NCBI RefSeq assembly: GCF_964355755.1
Contig: NC_092679.1
Coordinates: 7,780,201-7,844,200, forward strand
From: Antedon mediterranea
Lineage: Eukaryota > Animalia > Echinodermata
Direction: 5' to 3'
Length of the DNA: 64,000 nucleotides
Part shown: positions 13,101-26,399 of the stretch, in pieces
How positions within the stretch are numbered: position 1 is the stretch's first letter
Layout of the letters: each line of letters opens with the position of its first letter
The notes under the pieces: model-generated
The model's database searches: none
What the model was told of the DNA's origin: nothing
The model's input: the letters and a program-made list of their open reading frames with translations, nothing else
Program-made: the position numbers and the translations under genes

Positions 13101-16100
13101 TACCTAGATATTCATAAACTTTTATCCATGAAGACTTTACTAATTAATTCAGAATAAAGACAAATAAAAGGTAAATACAGACAAAAATGGCCATACAGTA
13201 CATACATATTAAAGTAGGAATTGTGACTTACTTTGGATTGGTGGGTGGTGTTCACTTCACTTATGTTGTCTTGATCAAACTGGTAAATAATTGGATGTGA
13301 AAATGATATTAAGGAATAAAAATTAAAAAACTCACAAATACTATAATAAAGATATTATTTAATCTTAGCTTGAATGTGAGGTTGTGTTCCCGATTGAAGT
13401 TGATTGGTCCAGGGAAGAGTTAATTAACTCTTCCCTGATTGGTCTTAGACAATGAGACGAAGGAAGGAGGATACTCATTAAAACCAGTGACTAATGCTAA
13501 AAAATAGCTTAGGACTCTAATGACTTGACTGCAAATTAACAAGCTAAACAACCTATCAATAAACAAATAAACTATTTTATATATCTCATTTCCTCTATAA
13601 ATAAACTATCAAAAAGACATTTACTTCTTGTTCATTACTAACTACCTTTATTTTTATACTCATATATTTTTATATTGTATGTTTAATTGTTTTAAGGATG
13701 CACTTATTATGTGTGCCGCTGTTCAAAAAGCGTTTTCCGAATAAATTATTATTATAAACTGAAAAGAATAATTATAATCAAACTACAAACAAACTAATTA
13801 ATGGTGTATAATCCATCCCACTAACAAAAAAGAATTGGTCATGCACTAGCAGAGAGATTTTACATCTGAAACAAATAGGCTTGATCCATGGATAGGTCCA
13901 TGCTTGATCTAAAAGAGAGACTAGCATAATAAAATAATATGAGTATGAAAATAAACAATTGCTTTGTGATTAAATACCAGATTTAACAGAAAAAAGAAAA
14001 TTCACCTACTTTATAGCCATGACAAATTAACTATTACCATAAAAAAAAAATCAATTGAAGATCAAAAAAGTTGCATTCTTCATTAATAAAGTATTTTTGA
14101 GCTCCATGAATCGAAAACTGTCTCTTTTCCAAATTGCCAAACCGACATAAAAAGAAGCTGACTTGTTTGAGAGCTAGTGATGAGACTAGTAGATATAATA
14201 TCTACGATTTCTAACAATAAAAGAGATAATCAGTAGTAATTGAAGCATGAGAGAAGATTATAAATTACTGGTAACATATGTCTCCACAAAACAATGATTA
14301 TTTGTTCCACATGACTGAACACTGAACTGATTTTAGTTTACCCTACAATAATATTCTGTTCTGGTTGACTAATTTTAGGGTTATATTTTGTTCTGCTTTT
14401 ATGATTTTACCACTCTACTGTGCATGATTTAGCCGATTTCAGATTTATATACCCTACTTTAATGTTATTAGTGACACAGGTATATACATCAAGGATATCA
14501 TAACCAAATCTTATGCGATCGCCTCGGGTAAGGTTCACATATGCCTGCTCACGTATTCGGGTTTCATTAACGAAGGTCTGCAAGTGAAAAAAAAACATTT
14601 ATTTTATTATTAAAATTTAATTTGACAGTCATCAGAGTTTATTTTTTCTACTAAAACTCAAATTGTTACCTTTAAAAATTTCTTTTCTAATTTCTAAAAA
14701 TTGTTTAAAAGTTATATATTTTTAGATCCAGTTTTATTGAAGCGAAATATACAGTATGTTTATGAAAGTTGCCGGCCGGCACATATGTTGCTATAATAGC
14801 CAGCCATGCATTGTCAAGGAATCTACATTTCTAGATATGACCTACTTAATCTTGCATATTAAATTAATAAATCTAATCAAATGAAATGATCTATGAATTT
14901 GTTCAGTTCATCAGTCCATGAGATGATTTAAGTATCTAAATCTATCTAGATCTAAAGAATCTTAATAAGTTAATTAGTTTGATGGACATTTTAATTTTTA
15001 AGTACAGTAATTAGAAAATTAGTTTCTGGTAAATCTTCTAAATATTACACATTAACATTCTTTAGTACCTATTAAACATAAACCAACTTTTGGGTAGAAC
15101 AAAATGAACTAGAATTGAACCATTGCATCATAAATTATAGGGATAGCACTTTACATCACAGCTCTGATAATCTCCAAATCGGCTGCATTCACTATTAAGT
15201 GATATTCATACAGGTTTAGTGTACCACACCATTTAAATCATTTTGTGTGTTATAAGTAAAACTGAACCAAATACAGGTACAATTATTGCAATAAAATCAC
15301 AATTTATGACACGCAATTTCTCTCAAAGTTTTACCAAACTTCTACAACTATATGACATGCAAGTACCAGAAAACCACATGTATTGAAATTGTTAAAAATT
15401 GGGGTTGAAACATATTGTATAAGATTTAAGCATTGAGCATTCTATTACATAATTACATCAGTTACATTCAGCACTTCTGCAGAGAAAAAGATATTTGATG
15501 ACATGCCAATACAATTTTGGTTCTGGACCTGGACATGCAGGAAATAAAAGATATTGTACAATGCCTTACCCCATTTAAACTTCCAATATCTTTAATGGTG
15601 AATGAGCTGGTATAACTGTCATAGTTGATGACGGCATGGCGTTTGTCAACACTTCTTGACTGTGAAGAAACACACATAATAAACAACAATAATTACAGAT
15701 CGTACGACACAACCTGAATCTTGAAGACAAACACCGTGAAGTAAATTTACAAAGATTCACAAACATAGTACAGTAGCTTACTGTTTAGTTTGCGGTAGAT
15801 CCTACCTAGAATATCTCAATCGATTTCACAAACATAGATAATTGGAGTTCTACATAACGTCATCTGAAGGGATAAAAGGCCATTGTTGGTTTAAATCCAG
15901 GTACAGTAAGCTAGGCATAAAATAAAATACACAAATTGCTGTTTTCCAAAATACTTACTCTGATTAAATAGACTATTAATAATTAGAAAATGATCCCACT
16001 GCAATGCTATGATCTCGGATCTAAACTATATAAACATAGCTAAAATACATGACCTATCTGACCTTTTACAATTTACGATTAACAAAATGAAGAGGGAAGC

Positions 16101-17514
16101 ATAATATTATGATGCTATAGTTCTGAGAAACAAAAACCCGCTCCACCCTCCTCACAAAAAAAAATAAACTGACCAGGAATGATGAAATAAAAACATTGAA
16201 ATATTACATTTCAGCCTTTCTTGGAAATATATTCAAAATTTCAACTTCTTATTTGAAACTAAATATGGCTGGGTAATCAAGGATGAACTAAAAGCTTCCT
16301 ACTAATAGTGTAGTTCACTTGTCTAATGTCAGAATATTAATGTTCATTGTTTGATAACCTATTATCATAAATGTTGATATTATTTATTTATTTCTAGACT
16401 TAAATTTAGCTTTGTGACTAACTTTATATTTGTATTTGCTTAAAAGTCCTATTCCCCACAATTTTTTTGATCAAATTTAAGGTCACAAACTAAATTTAAT
16501 GTAAAAATAAATACTATATGGCGGTCCTAATTGCAATACCTTTTTCCCTCTTTAAATGTTTAAAAATAAGACCAGAAATGACCTGGTTTATTGTTTTTAA
16601 AGTAAATATATGCATTATTTTTACAAAACATTGTAGGGAATGGGTCTATAAAAGTAAGTTTTCAAAATAATCTATTCAATAAGAGGAAAAAAAACTTGTT
16701 TGATGAAGAAATCATAAGTTTTTAACTTAAAACCACATTCTACACTAACTTCTTGACTTGACAAACTTGAAAAACATTTTGTTTTTGAATGTTAGTAATA
16801 GTAACAAAATAATAGGGAGTTTTCGCAACCTTACAGTACGAATACGATAACGAAAACGGATACGTCACACATTTGTGAAACTTTTGAGCTGATCCCCATT
16901 TCATATTCGTAAAGCGTATTCGTGTTGACGAATATCACCAGCCATATTCGTAACTACAAAACGAGTATAGTTTTTGATCTATTTTGCACATTTTGCATTT
17001 GAATCAGGAATGATTCATGATTATAATATAATTATACTTTTATTGAAAGTAATTTACTAAACTAATTTATTAAAATGCCAGGTCAATTTTGATGAATAGC
17101 AGTTTTTAAAGTCGTCATTCGCTTTGATGTTACGCTAGGCCTAGGCAGCCAAGCACCAAGCACTTCGCTCAAATTTACCGCAGTCATATTTTGGACGGCG
17201 CCCTCAATATTTCGTTGCCATGCGAAACAGATTTTTACTGGCTTACGAAAAACGAATACATGTGCGTGACGTATCCGTTTTCATTATCGTATTCGTAAGG
17301 TTGCAAAAACTCCCTAATATTAGTAAATTTTAGTCTAACCTCCATGGTTTAACCAACCTATACAAATAAATGTACAGTATGCAATAGCAATACATTTATT
17401 CTCAACAATACTCACAGCAATTGTTATGTCACAGTCTTCACGTCCAACAAAGACCATCGATTGTGGAAGTTTGTGAATAGTTCCAGACGTTGTTCCAATC
17501 AAACTCCAAGGCAT
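1107..17514 (-). CDS. CEP170: Centrosomal protein 170-like (N-terminal FHA domain, C-terminal CEP170_C region), about 20 coding exons
   Basis: Exons 17514-17416 ([33 protein letters not shown]), 15659-15570 ([14 protein letters not shown]...KDIGSLNG), 14577-14499 ([26 protein letters not shown]) and 13296-13232 build an FHA domain resembling the CEP170 N-terminus. An exon at about 9062-8952 encodes [14 protein letters not shown], and SDTGTYTIE lies in the 7.5-kb exon. Large S/R-rich exons lie at about 6080-5481 and 5300-4272. C-terminal exons read [17 protein letters not shown] and [18 protein letters not shown]. Stop TGA at 1109-1107. Splice phases are consistent where checked. Confidence 0.9.
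5358..5440. mobile_element. Short non-autonomous element, GTAGAACC...GGTTCTAC family (pogo/Tigger-like MITE)
   Basis: Inverted ends gtagaacc/ggttctac and an internal ctattaagggg...gtcccaaatgtgtccc motif. Related copies at about 11245-11390, 18210-18460 and 45820-45955. Confidence 0.55.
7855..8042. mobile_element. MITE with CAGGGTTCTC TIRs (hAT-like ends)
   Basis: cagggttctcgccag ... ctggtgagaaccctg, flanked on both sides by aatggt (6-bp direct repeat). Confidence 0.75.
8692..8898. mobile_element. Tc1/mariner-pogo-type MITE (CCGTAGTTCC TIR, TA TSD)
   Basis: ta|ccgtagttccccgggtataatcccacc ... ggtgggattatacccaaggaactacgg|ta. Confidence 0.8.
11714..12616. mobile_element. Non-autonomous PIF/Harbinger-like element, copy 1
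   Basis: TIR of about 35 bp, cgcccgtattcttaaaccggactttagtcgtagtt, with TSD TAA on both sides. Near-identical second copy at 24379-25308. Confidence 0.85.
13297..14498 (-). other. U12-type (minor spliceosome) AT-AC intron in CEP170-like gene
   Basis: Minus-strand 5' site ATATCCTT (14498-14491), branch site TTCCTTAAT (13316-13308) and 3' end AC at 13298-13297. Splicing restores the frame RFGY-D-PIIYQF. Confidence 0.9.
16814..17315. mobile_element. MITE with AGGGAGTTTT TIRs of about 55 bp, AAT flanks (PIF/Harbinger-ISL2EU group-like)
   Basis: aat|agggagttttcgcaaccttac...ggatacgtcac ... gtgacgtatcc...gtaaggttgcaaaaactccct|aat. Confidence 0.8.
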
Positions 17515-20292
17515 GGTCGTTTTAATGTCCTACGGTCACATGACATTCTTCAATAGTGTCATTCTACAGAAAACAAATGAATTAATTTTTTAATAAATTT
17601 ACTTTTATACAGTAGAATGAAAAACAATTGTCCTGAAATTAAATTTTCTGGATAGTTGTCTTAAAAATGTTGATATTAATGCTTTTATGAGATAGTTTTG
17701 TGTTGCTGGGATTAACGTAACATCGCTTGGATGACGATTTTAGCACTGGCTATAATTTTGAATATTTACTTTATCTGTGACTCATCTAAGTTTACTGCGA
17801 TAACAAAATTGGCCAATAATACTTTACATTGACTGCACTAGATACTATTTTATTCCTTTCTTTCTTTTCTTCAGTCTATCCGTTGGCGGCTTTATTTACA
17901 ACATAGAGATGGTATATTGTCTGATGAATAATGTCTACCTCCAAATCAATCAGCAGGATATTGTACACTACAATTAGTACAGACTGTTTCTTCTAATGGA
18001 GGAGATATCTTTCTATTATTAATCAACTGTAACCGAAGTAAATGAAAATAGAAAGTGGTACAGATTTATAGTTAGGAAGTTGTGGCATCCACCAGGAGCC
18101 TTAAAAGGCTATCCCTCTGTTTTGTACTCTAAAAATTACCGTGAAGAAAAGTAGATGTAGAGTCAATATTTTAACAGATATAATTAAAGAAGACAGAATT
18201 ACAGACAACTATTCACTGGGGACACCCTATTAGGGGTGTGGGGAGGGGGGTTTTGGCGGGAGGGGGGTTTTGGCGGGAGGGGTGTATAAAGTTTATCACC
18301 TCAGCAGAGGCAGTACAGTGTATACTTATGACATCACAGTAACCCACAATCCCTTCTCCCGCCACACTGTGTGTATTATTGTGAAATATTAGTTCAACAG
18401 GGGGAGGGTTCCAATTTTTGTTGGGTTCAAACGTGTCCCCTTAATAGGGGTCAACCATATCTGAGCTGTAGGCACAATCTAGTGGTTATAATTTACAGTA
18501 AATTACCAGACTAACTACTAACTGTTGTTTAATGGTACTGTACACTGTAGAAGAAGATTTGATATGTTAAGTACCATCTGTCCCTCTATAATTATGAGAA
18601 ATTACTGACCAGTGATATTAACTAAATGTGTATCTGTCTGCCATTAATAATGTTGGTGACGTTTAAAGTAACACTGTAGAAGATAGTACACAGAAAACTT
18701 ACTTTTATTTACTAGGCTAAATAGTCCTCCATTTCATATCTACTAATTAGTATTTAATTTGGGTACACCTGGTGAATTACAGTACTTGTTTTTTGTTTTC
18801 GTTAATCTATGGGCCTTGTTTGGTTCCTTGTTGTAATTTGGTACCCCAGTATTTTTTAGATATGTAATAAGTGAATGTTTTGAGGTTTTCTATTCATGTA
18901 TGTTTTCTAATTTCTTGGTACGATATTTAATTTTAATTAAATGTTAAATTAGATGTTTCTATTTTTATAGCAATTTTAACTAATTTTTATATATTTGTAA
19001 TACAATTCATTTCAGTCCTTGACTGTCGTTTTGTAATATATTTTTATATATCGAATAAATAAAATAAATAAATAAAATTACTGCAAATCCGACTGGTGTT
19101 TACTTGCCATGACAAACAATATTTTGTGAGTTTTATAAAATAGGGAATGTTGAAATGGGTCCAGAATTCTATGCTGTCATTATGTCAATATGTGTTATAA
19201 TATTATTGTTATGTCATTGTTACATCCCCTATAATATTATTAATCAGCTTACTAGTTGACAAAATATTGATTAATTTGATTAAAATTGGTAAGTGAAATC
19301 ATTTTAGGTCAAGATTATTTAAAGTTAGTGATATTATGAGTGATTATAATCTATTTTCATTTATTATTATTATTGTTTCCTTCTCTTCAAATGGTTGCAT
19401 ATTTTTTATACTAAGTGAGGTACAAAATGGGTTAATTGATTATTAAATCACCTCATTCATGGAACGCATACACAAAGACAGTATAATAAATAGAATGCAG
19501 ACAACCTAATATTACACTATCATTATATGTCTGTTTAATATTTGGTACGTTAACACTGACCTACAGTACCTTACTCTGGCTTATCTCAGTCTGCTGCTGA
19601 ACCAATTTGAAATCTAACAAAAGAAACCAGTAAAATATGACAATCAGTCAGCTCTTCTCTAACAACAATTACAAGATAAAGTAAAGCAAAAATCGTCCTT
19701 TTCCACACAATAAATTCAGTTTACTGTAGGCCTACTTGACTCACAGAATATAACTGTTCTCAAGATGAGGAGATCTAACAGCCCTCTGAAAATATTCTAT
19801 CTAGTATACGTGGTTAACAGCTAGAAATGTCAAAAACAGCATGACTCAACATTGGTTTCCCAGGCAAGGCTTCCACGCGAAAAACATGCAGTGTTGGAAC
19901 TATGTGATGTCATTAGCTATTTTTAAACATAGTGTGGTATTTGCAATTATAATTAATGAAAGTCTACTAACACTAACTACAGTAGGGCTATGATAGCCCT
20001 ACTATGTAAATACTGTATAACGATGTAGTATTTTCTCAATGGTGGTCTAACGTATGATTGGCATGTATATACTGTATGCAAGAAGTCAAATTTATTCTGT
20101 TAATCAGTGAAGCATAACTTGCAATAACAATACATTGATTGCCATTGGTGACATTATTTAAAACCTGCATTTGAAAATTAAATGATTCTTCTATAACCTT
20201 CTATACAATACTGTAATAATACAGTATTTTATTTGTATTTATTTGGATTTATAGATCTGTGGCACACTTATAGCATAGCATCATTTACTTAA

Positions 20293-21866
20293 AGGGGGGT
20301 TCCGGGTTTAAAATGAATAGTAAAAAATGTAAAATATATTTGTTTGTCTCTTGAACGGTAACAATTTCAATTTATATAAGCGCCCAGTGAAGCAGAACGA
20401 AGGCTGTGAAATGAGGCCAGATTACAAGTGCAGCTACGGCAAAATCACACTGTGGTTACAGAATAGGAAATTCGTGAAATGGTCAATCTTCCGACGACTC
20501 GTTATCATTAACCATATCAATTACTTTTGTAAAATTATACTTATCTGATGTAATTTTAGTCGGTCTTCCCATTTATAAAGTAAATTTTCTATGAAAATCC
20601 ATCAAAACAGTGAAAAATTAGATATGTTTGCACTTTACGTTTGCCGATTTTCGCACTGACTTAGGGAAAGCCTTCAAAATCAATGAAGCGTAACGTATAC
20701 ATTCCTGCTGAGCGAGGAGAGCGAGACGACGATACACGTGCTCTCTCTGCCCATGCCTGGCATCGTCGCGTGATAAGCAGACCAAACTGGTCGGGTCGAG
20801 TACCCCGTCTATAAGTATAATCACAACATGAACGATGTACAGTATTTGATTGAAGGTCGACTCGACCTACCGGAATGGTATAGATAATATAGCTCGAATG
20901 AGAGAGTTGGAATATTTGTAAACATAAGTATTGCTAATTTTAAGAGTGTAGCCTATAGTAAAAGGCCTGGTAGTATCAATTCGCATAGGGTCTACTACAC
21001 TAGCTAGCTCAATTTTTAACTGGGCCGGATCGGCTAGGTCTCCTTCCTACTACCGGTCTACTTGCTTGATGCAGTATCCGATTTTTTGGAGAGTAAACTA
21101 GGCCTATTTTAGGGCTACTTATTAGACGATCGGGACACCATACGTGCGGACGGCGATCGGACCTTGTTTTGCCTCAATATTTACAGCCGATTTTTGTAGA
21201 ACGTTTTAGGTTTAGATTGTTTAGGAGTTTGGTTGATAGGATGGGTTTGGAATCCACTGAGTTTTGTTATTTATGGGCCAATCATTTAGTAATAGGCTAG
21301 CTAGGCCCATGATGGCCCCAATGTTTTAACGTAGCCATCGTGGCATGGAATCCCTAGTCAGAAATGGCTCTCACCCATGAATAAAATGATTTAGGCTAGG
21401 CCTAGCCTAGTACGTGAAGTACGATCTGTACTATTCGAGGTATAAAAATAGTATAATTTATGACTCGGTAATCTGTACTAAATTTTGTATTTCATTAAAT
21501 GTCAAATAAATATATGCTACTACTGTTATTATTACACTTTAGGCCTAGCTTAGAAAATCTACAAAAAATGTATTTCACAATGATCAGGTGGTCGTCGTTT
21601 GACAGGGGAGAGAGAACACAACGTACAAGCTTGACGTCGCGAGTTTGGCGTGATTTTGTGAATATCTCATGAATATTAATGAGCTTCCCTAAGCTGCTGA
21701 AAAACAGACTTTCCATGAATTTACCCTAAAATGTATATGAAATTAAATTTTTTTAATTTCTCGTTATTACTTCTTCATTCTGACATGTCTATAGTATATT
21801 GTTATAATATTTTTTATATAATAAATAAATGATATTTAAAAGCAATTTTAAACCCAGAATCCCCCT
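20293..21866. mobile_element. Non-autonomous DNA transposon with TTAA TSD and AGGGGG ends (Kolobok-like)
   Basis: ttaa|aggggggttccgggtttaaaat ... attttaaacccagaatccccct|ttaa. No transposase ORF. Confidence 0.75.
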
Positions 21867-21985
21867 TTAATATAGCAATGTAGATAAAATAGTTATTGAG
21901 TCAGGGATTTCAGTGAATTTCCATGCTCTTTTTAGGTATATTTTGCAAAAACTATCCAAAATATTTTCATACTCATCAATTAAAT

Positions 21986-23498
21986 CAGGGCATCATTTAT
22001 AAGGAGCGCCTGCGCGACCGCGCTCCTCCGCGCTCCTCAACAGGCTTCGAGGAGAGCAATTTATCGCGCTCCTTAATTTTCAAAATAGAGCCTAGCTTTT
22101 GACAGTGGATTTTTAAAAGTTAAAACCAATCTAGGCCTGGGCTAATAATATATAAGCTAAGTTATAAAGCTACAAGCCTAATGGCAGTCCCTCGTTTTTA
22201 AGGATCGCGAGCGCGATCGCAATCAACAACCTTCGAAAAGGAGAGCAATTCATCGCGCTCCATCTCACAGTGCGAGGTACCAACAAAGGGTATTCCCCTG
22301 CCTGCGCGCATTCAAGGGCGACTTTACTTCATCGCCTCATAGTGCAACCAGTACGGTGTCATAGAAACACCTCCTTTACAGGAAGATCATGTCCCAACCA
22401 ATAATTTTTCCCTTTATGTTTTCATATTCTTTACTCCATGGTTTTTATGGAACGAGTTAATAAAATATATTTAATTTTAAAAGGAAACATTAATATAGGA
22501 GGCCTAAATATAATGTTTATTATTTAAAAAAGCTTAGCTGCTGGTTGCTTTAATTATGTCATTTAAATCAAGGTAAATCAAGATGGATTATTTCTTCGAA
22601 AGTTCTAACCAATTTTGGTCACTCAAATCCTCCTCAAAACACGTGCTGACGTGTGACGTCAGCATCTTCTAGAAGCTCTCTCTCAGCCAGCCCTCCCCTA
22701 TATTGTGCGTGCGCCCATGTGTGACACATGTAAACACGATCAAATATCTTTCTTAATTATTTTAAAATGACACTTTGTAACTTATTATCAATATTTTAAT
22801 GGCTGTTGCATGTTAGAATTGTATAATTTATGAATTGCAGGTAAATACTTTTCAGGTTTTCTGTCTGATTTCTAGGCCAACAAGCTAGGCTAGAAAAGCT
22901 AGGCTAAAGGCATAGTTGGCCAGGACAGGATTCTCCAGGCTCCTGAAACCCAATCTACCCAGGTTTACTGTAGAATAATACGATCCCCACGGAAAATATT
23001 GTGTGTGCAGGTGGGTGTGGGGGATTTTAGGGGAGAGGTACAGTATACATTTGTTGTGCCCGGCTGGGGGGGGGGGGTTATCCCCACCCCTGTTGGGCAA
23101 AAAAAATGTGTACAAAAAATTAATAAGGGCCAGCCATTTTTAATAAGGGCGACCATTCTTCAACTTCAACTGGCCCTGCTGGCCACTATGGTTTAAAGGT
23201 TAATTTTCAGCCCTGGGCATGCCAAGATACCTGTTGTTGTTACTTTTAATTATAATCCATGACATATAAATATAATAGATTATAGCGGCAGCGTGCGCTA
23301 ATATTTTTTTTTTGGTAGCAAAACCAATAGAATTTAACTTTTGTGGTCAAATTCAAAAATTGTAATTTTTTTTACATATTTACATAAACATTTGAGGAGA
23401 GCGATTTAAAATTTTTGCAAGGAGAGCGAATTGCTCTCCTCGGTGATTTGAGGAGAGCGATTTGTTGCTCTCCTGGGTTTTGCATACGTGATGCCCTG
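21986..23498. mobile_element. Non-autonomous TIR element, CAGGGCATCA ends, 7-bp TSD ATTAAAT (P- or hAT-like)
   Basis: attaaat|cagggcatca ... tgatgccctg|attaaat, with subterminal ggagagc/gctcctc repeats at both ends. Confidence 0.75.
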
Positions 23499-24061
23499 AT
23501 TAAATTATATATTATATTTATTGTTTGTCATTTTCATGAGAAGTTTAAATTTATCAAACAACTCTTTGCTGCCATTTTTATACATTATATATCTCATCTC
23601 ATTTTATTATACTTAAAAAACTGTTTGCAATTGAACTCTAGTTATTTCCTAAAACAGCCAATGCAATCTTTGATTTATATTAGATTCCAGATATAACCTC
23701 ACTTTGTTTGCCAAAAATGCTTTTTTTTCTTTCTTTCTATAAATATTAAGCCAAATCTACATTTAACTATAAAAAATCTACAAAGAATTTGAATACTGTA
23801 CTGTACATAATCAAAATATGCTGGTAGTATTGTATATTTTCTCTATTCATGTATTACAAGTCATTATCAATCCTTCTTATTATTATAATCACCAACTTTA
23901 ATAATTACTGTAGTTGTTCAGTCATAAGCAATAGTATTTTGAGCTTTTCCTGCTACAGTATAACCTGTTTACTATCTTGACCTTAGCAACAGATCGTAGT
24001 ATTAAAGCATTTTTGATTATTGGCTTTCCTGTAGTATGTGATGAGATGTAATTAAGATAAG

Positions 24062-24320
24062 TACAAGTGGGTTGGTGGTTATGATGCTTGGCTACCACTC
24101 CAAGGGTCCTGGGGTCAAGTCCCATCACATGTCAGGATTTTTTCTAAGGACAAAAAATACAACTCCACTCCCAAAGACTTGTAATAAGACTTTGTTTATG
24201 TAGAGCATCTTGTGTACGTTTGTCTTGTGAACCTCTGAGGGTCCCTAATGATCAGCAATTGCCGGATGGATCACCCTCAATAAATATGGTCCAAAAAAAA
24301 AAAAATAAATAAATAAAAAG
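24062..24320 (+). mobile_element. tRNA-derived SINE-like retroposon
   Basis: A-box-like gtgggttggtggtt, B-box-like ggtcaagtccc, and a 3' aataaa followed by a poly(A)/(taaa)n tail. Confidence 0.55.
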
Positions 24321-24378
24321 GCACTGCACAAACAACCATGAATTTTTATACCTATTTTTGCAAATTAGTAGAATCTTA

Positions 24379-25308
24379 CGCCCGTATTCTTAAACTGGAC
24401 TTTAGTCGTAGTTCGAGCTAAAACTTTAAAAATGACGTCATTTTAATTCATAAACCGAACTTCAACTAAATCACCGACTAATTCAGGCCAACCTCGACTA
24501 AATCGAGACGGATTTTGATCGATTTTTTAAATCCTGGAGGTGGCAGGCTAAATGGTCGACTAAATGGTTTTTAAACGATGTTTATGAAAAACGTAACAGT
24601 CATTTTAGTTGTTATATTGGCCAAATATTGAAGAATGAAATATCTATTTTTATATTAGCTTAATTAAATATACATTGGTATAAGTTATAATAATGAAAAT
24701 CATCTTTATTTACAACCGTATACAAATTACATTATTTTCTTCGCGCAAGTCCGACTTGAACTACGTCACGCCATTAGCGACAATGGCAGATGCAGAAATT
24801 CACCACGCGATGGAATGTTTAGGGGGCCTAGCGCTTTCTTGTCACGCTATGAAGTGCGTGGTTCGTCGCGATCATACTTTGTTGGGGGCCTAGAAAATAT
24901 AAAAGTTACCGTACCGCCATGGTTCCTAAATATATTTTGAAGATTTTGTTTGTTGTTAATCAAAAGTACTTGACTGTTAAATTAATACTGATCTTTTTCT
25001 AATAATTAACGATTAAAATTATTTTTCATTTATATAGTCCTGATGCGTAAAAGATTTTTTAAGAAAATGGAAAGTGATATCAATGCGCAAAATTTCGTCT
25101 GCTCCTCAAATACTCTCTTGTCATTGGCCAATGTTTAGCCTTTGTTACCCAGACGTGTGCAACTCGACTAGAAGCTCGACTTCATTAAGTCGAACTGCAA
25201 ACTTCGACTACTTCGTTTTTTAATCGAATTTGAAGTAATAGCTCGAACTACGACTTTTTCAAGTCGAACTTCGAACTACGACTAAAGTCCGGTTTAAGAA
25301 TACGGGCG
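24379..25308. mobile_element. Non-autonomous PIF/Harbinger-like element, copy 2
   Basis: Same TIR and interior as 11714-12616, with TSD TTA on both sides. Confidence 0.85.
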
Positions 25309-25563
25309 TTAGCGTTGGGCCCTTGGGTCTTTTGTGCATGTTATAAAAAAAAAATGCCACATTTCATTCCCAGTTCTTAGTGTCAACGTGCTTTTCTTGT
25401 GTAAATTAAGATTTTAATTAAAAAGGTTAATTAGATTATTCTGATTATATCATAATTTTCCCCTATTTAACACTACTAGTTTTCAGAATTTCTTACCAAA
25501 TACTCTCGATTAATGAATAAATGTGATTAATTTTGATTGCTATTATTCATATTGTGTTGTATG

Positions 25564-26247
25564 TGTTATGCGCGATTTGAACGATTTGCGCAATTTGAAA
25601 TTGCGCAAAAAAAATCCTTGCGCAATTTGAATTGAAACATGTGTTTCAAATTGCGCAAGCAACGTATTAAATTGCGCAAGTAATCTGAAAATTGCGCAAG
25701 GTTTTTCGACAGATTGTGAAATCATGCACACCCATATTTTTATAGTAATTTCTAAGAATGATTCAAAATTAAAGATAAATATCGCATTTCCTTATTTTAG
25801 TAGTGCAAATATTGTTATAAGTTAGCATACCGTCGAAGAACTGACGAAGGAAAACGAAGCGGTGGTGTTCCACCAGGCGGGCGCGGCGCGGGCGGCCGGC
25901 TATAGCCTACTACTCTAGCCTAGCTAGGGTCTGGACTACTGATACTGACTAGGTTACATGGCCTAGCTTAAACTAATATTAAAAACTTAAAAAGTGAGTA
26001 TTAAACATTATCTTCATTGAAATGGTCTTATTTATATAATAAAATACTAAATTTTAAACTCCTCTGCCTATGCCTAGCCTAGCCATGTATGGGAAAATTT
26101 ACAGTTCGTTTTCAAATTGCGCAAAGGTGTCATATTGCGCAAGAACTATCTTGCGCAATTTACAAATTGTGCAGCGCAATATAAAATTGCGCAAAGATTT
26201 TCTTGCGCAATTTCAAATTGCGCAAATCGTTCAAATCGCGCATAACA
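25564..26247. mobile_element. TGT...ACA TIR element rich in TTGCGCAA (Ginger-like ends), copy 1
   Basis: TIR tgttatgcgcgatttgaacgatttgcgcaatttgaaattgcgcaa and a 5-bp direct repeat GTATG on both flanks. Confidence 0.85.
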
Positions 26248-26399
26248 GTATGTATTCCCCTATTAAATTTTTGGATACAGTGTGATATAACTTGACTTCT
26301 ATCTCGCGACAAAATTAATAGCACATGCGTGAAACCTGATTTGGTAATACTTATTTTCATATTTTTCTGACTTTAAATCGAATAATAATTGTTTATGTT

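Noticed and set aside
20293-23498. Autonomous transposase genes in the larger TIR elements
   Set aside because: No long ORF or DDE motif is visible, and the elements are only about 1.5 kb.
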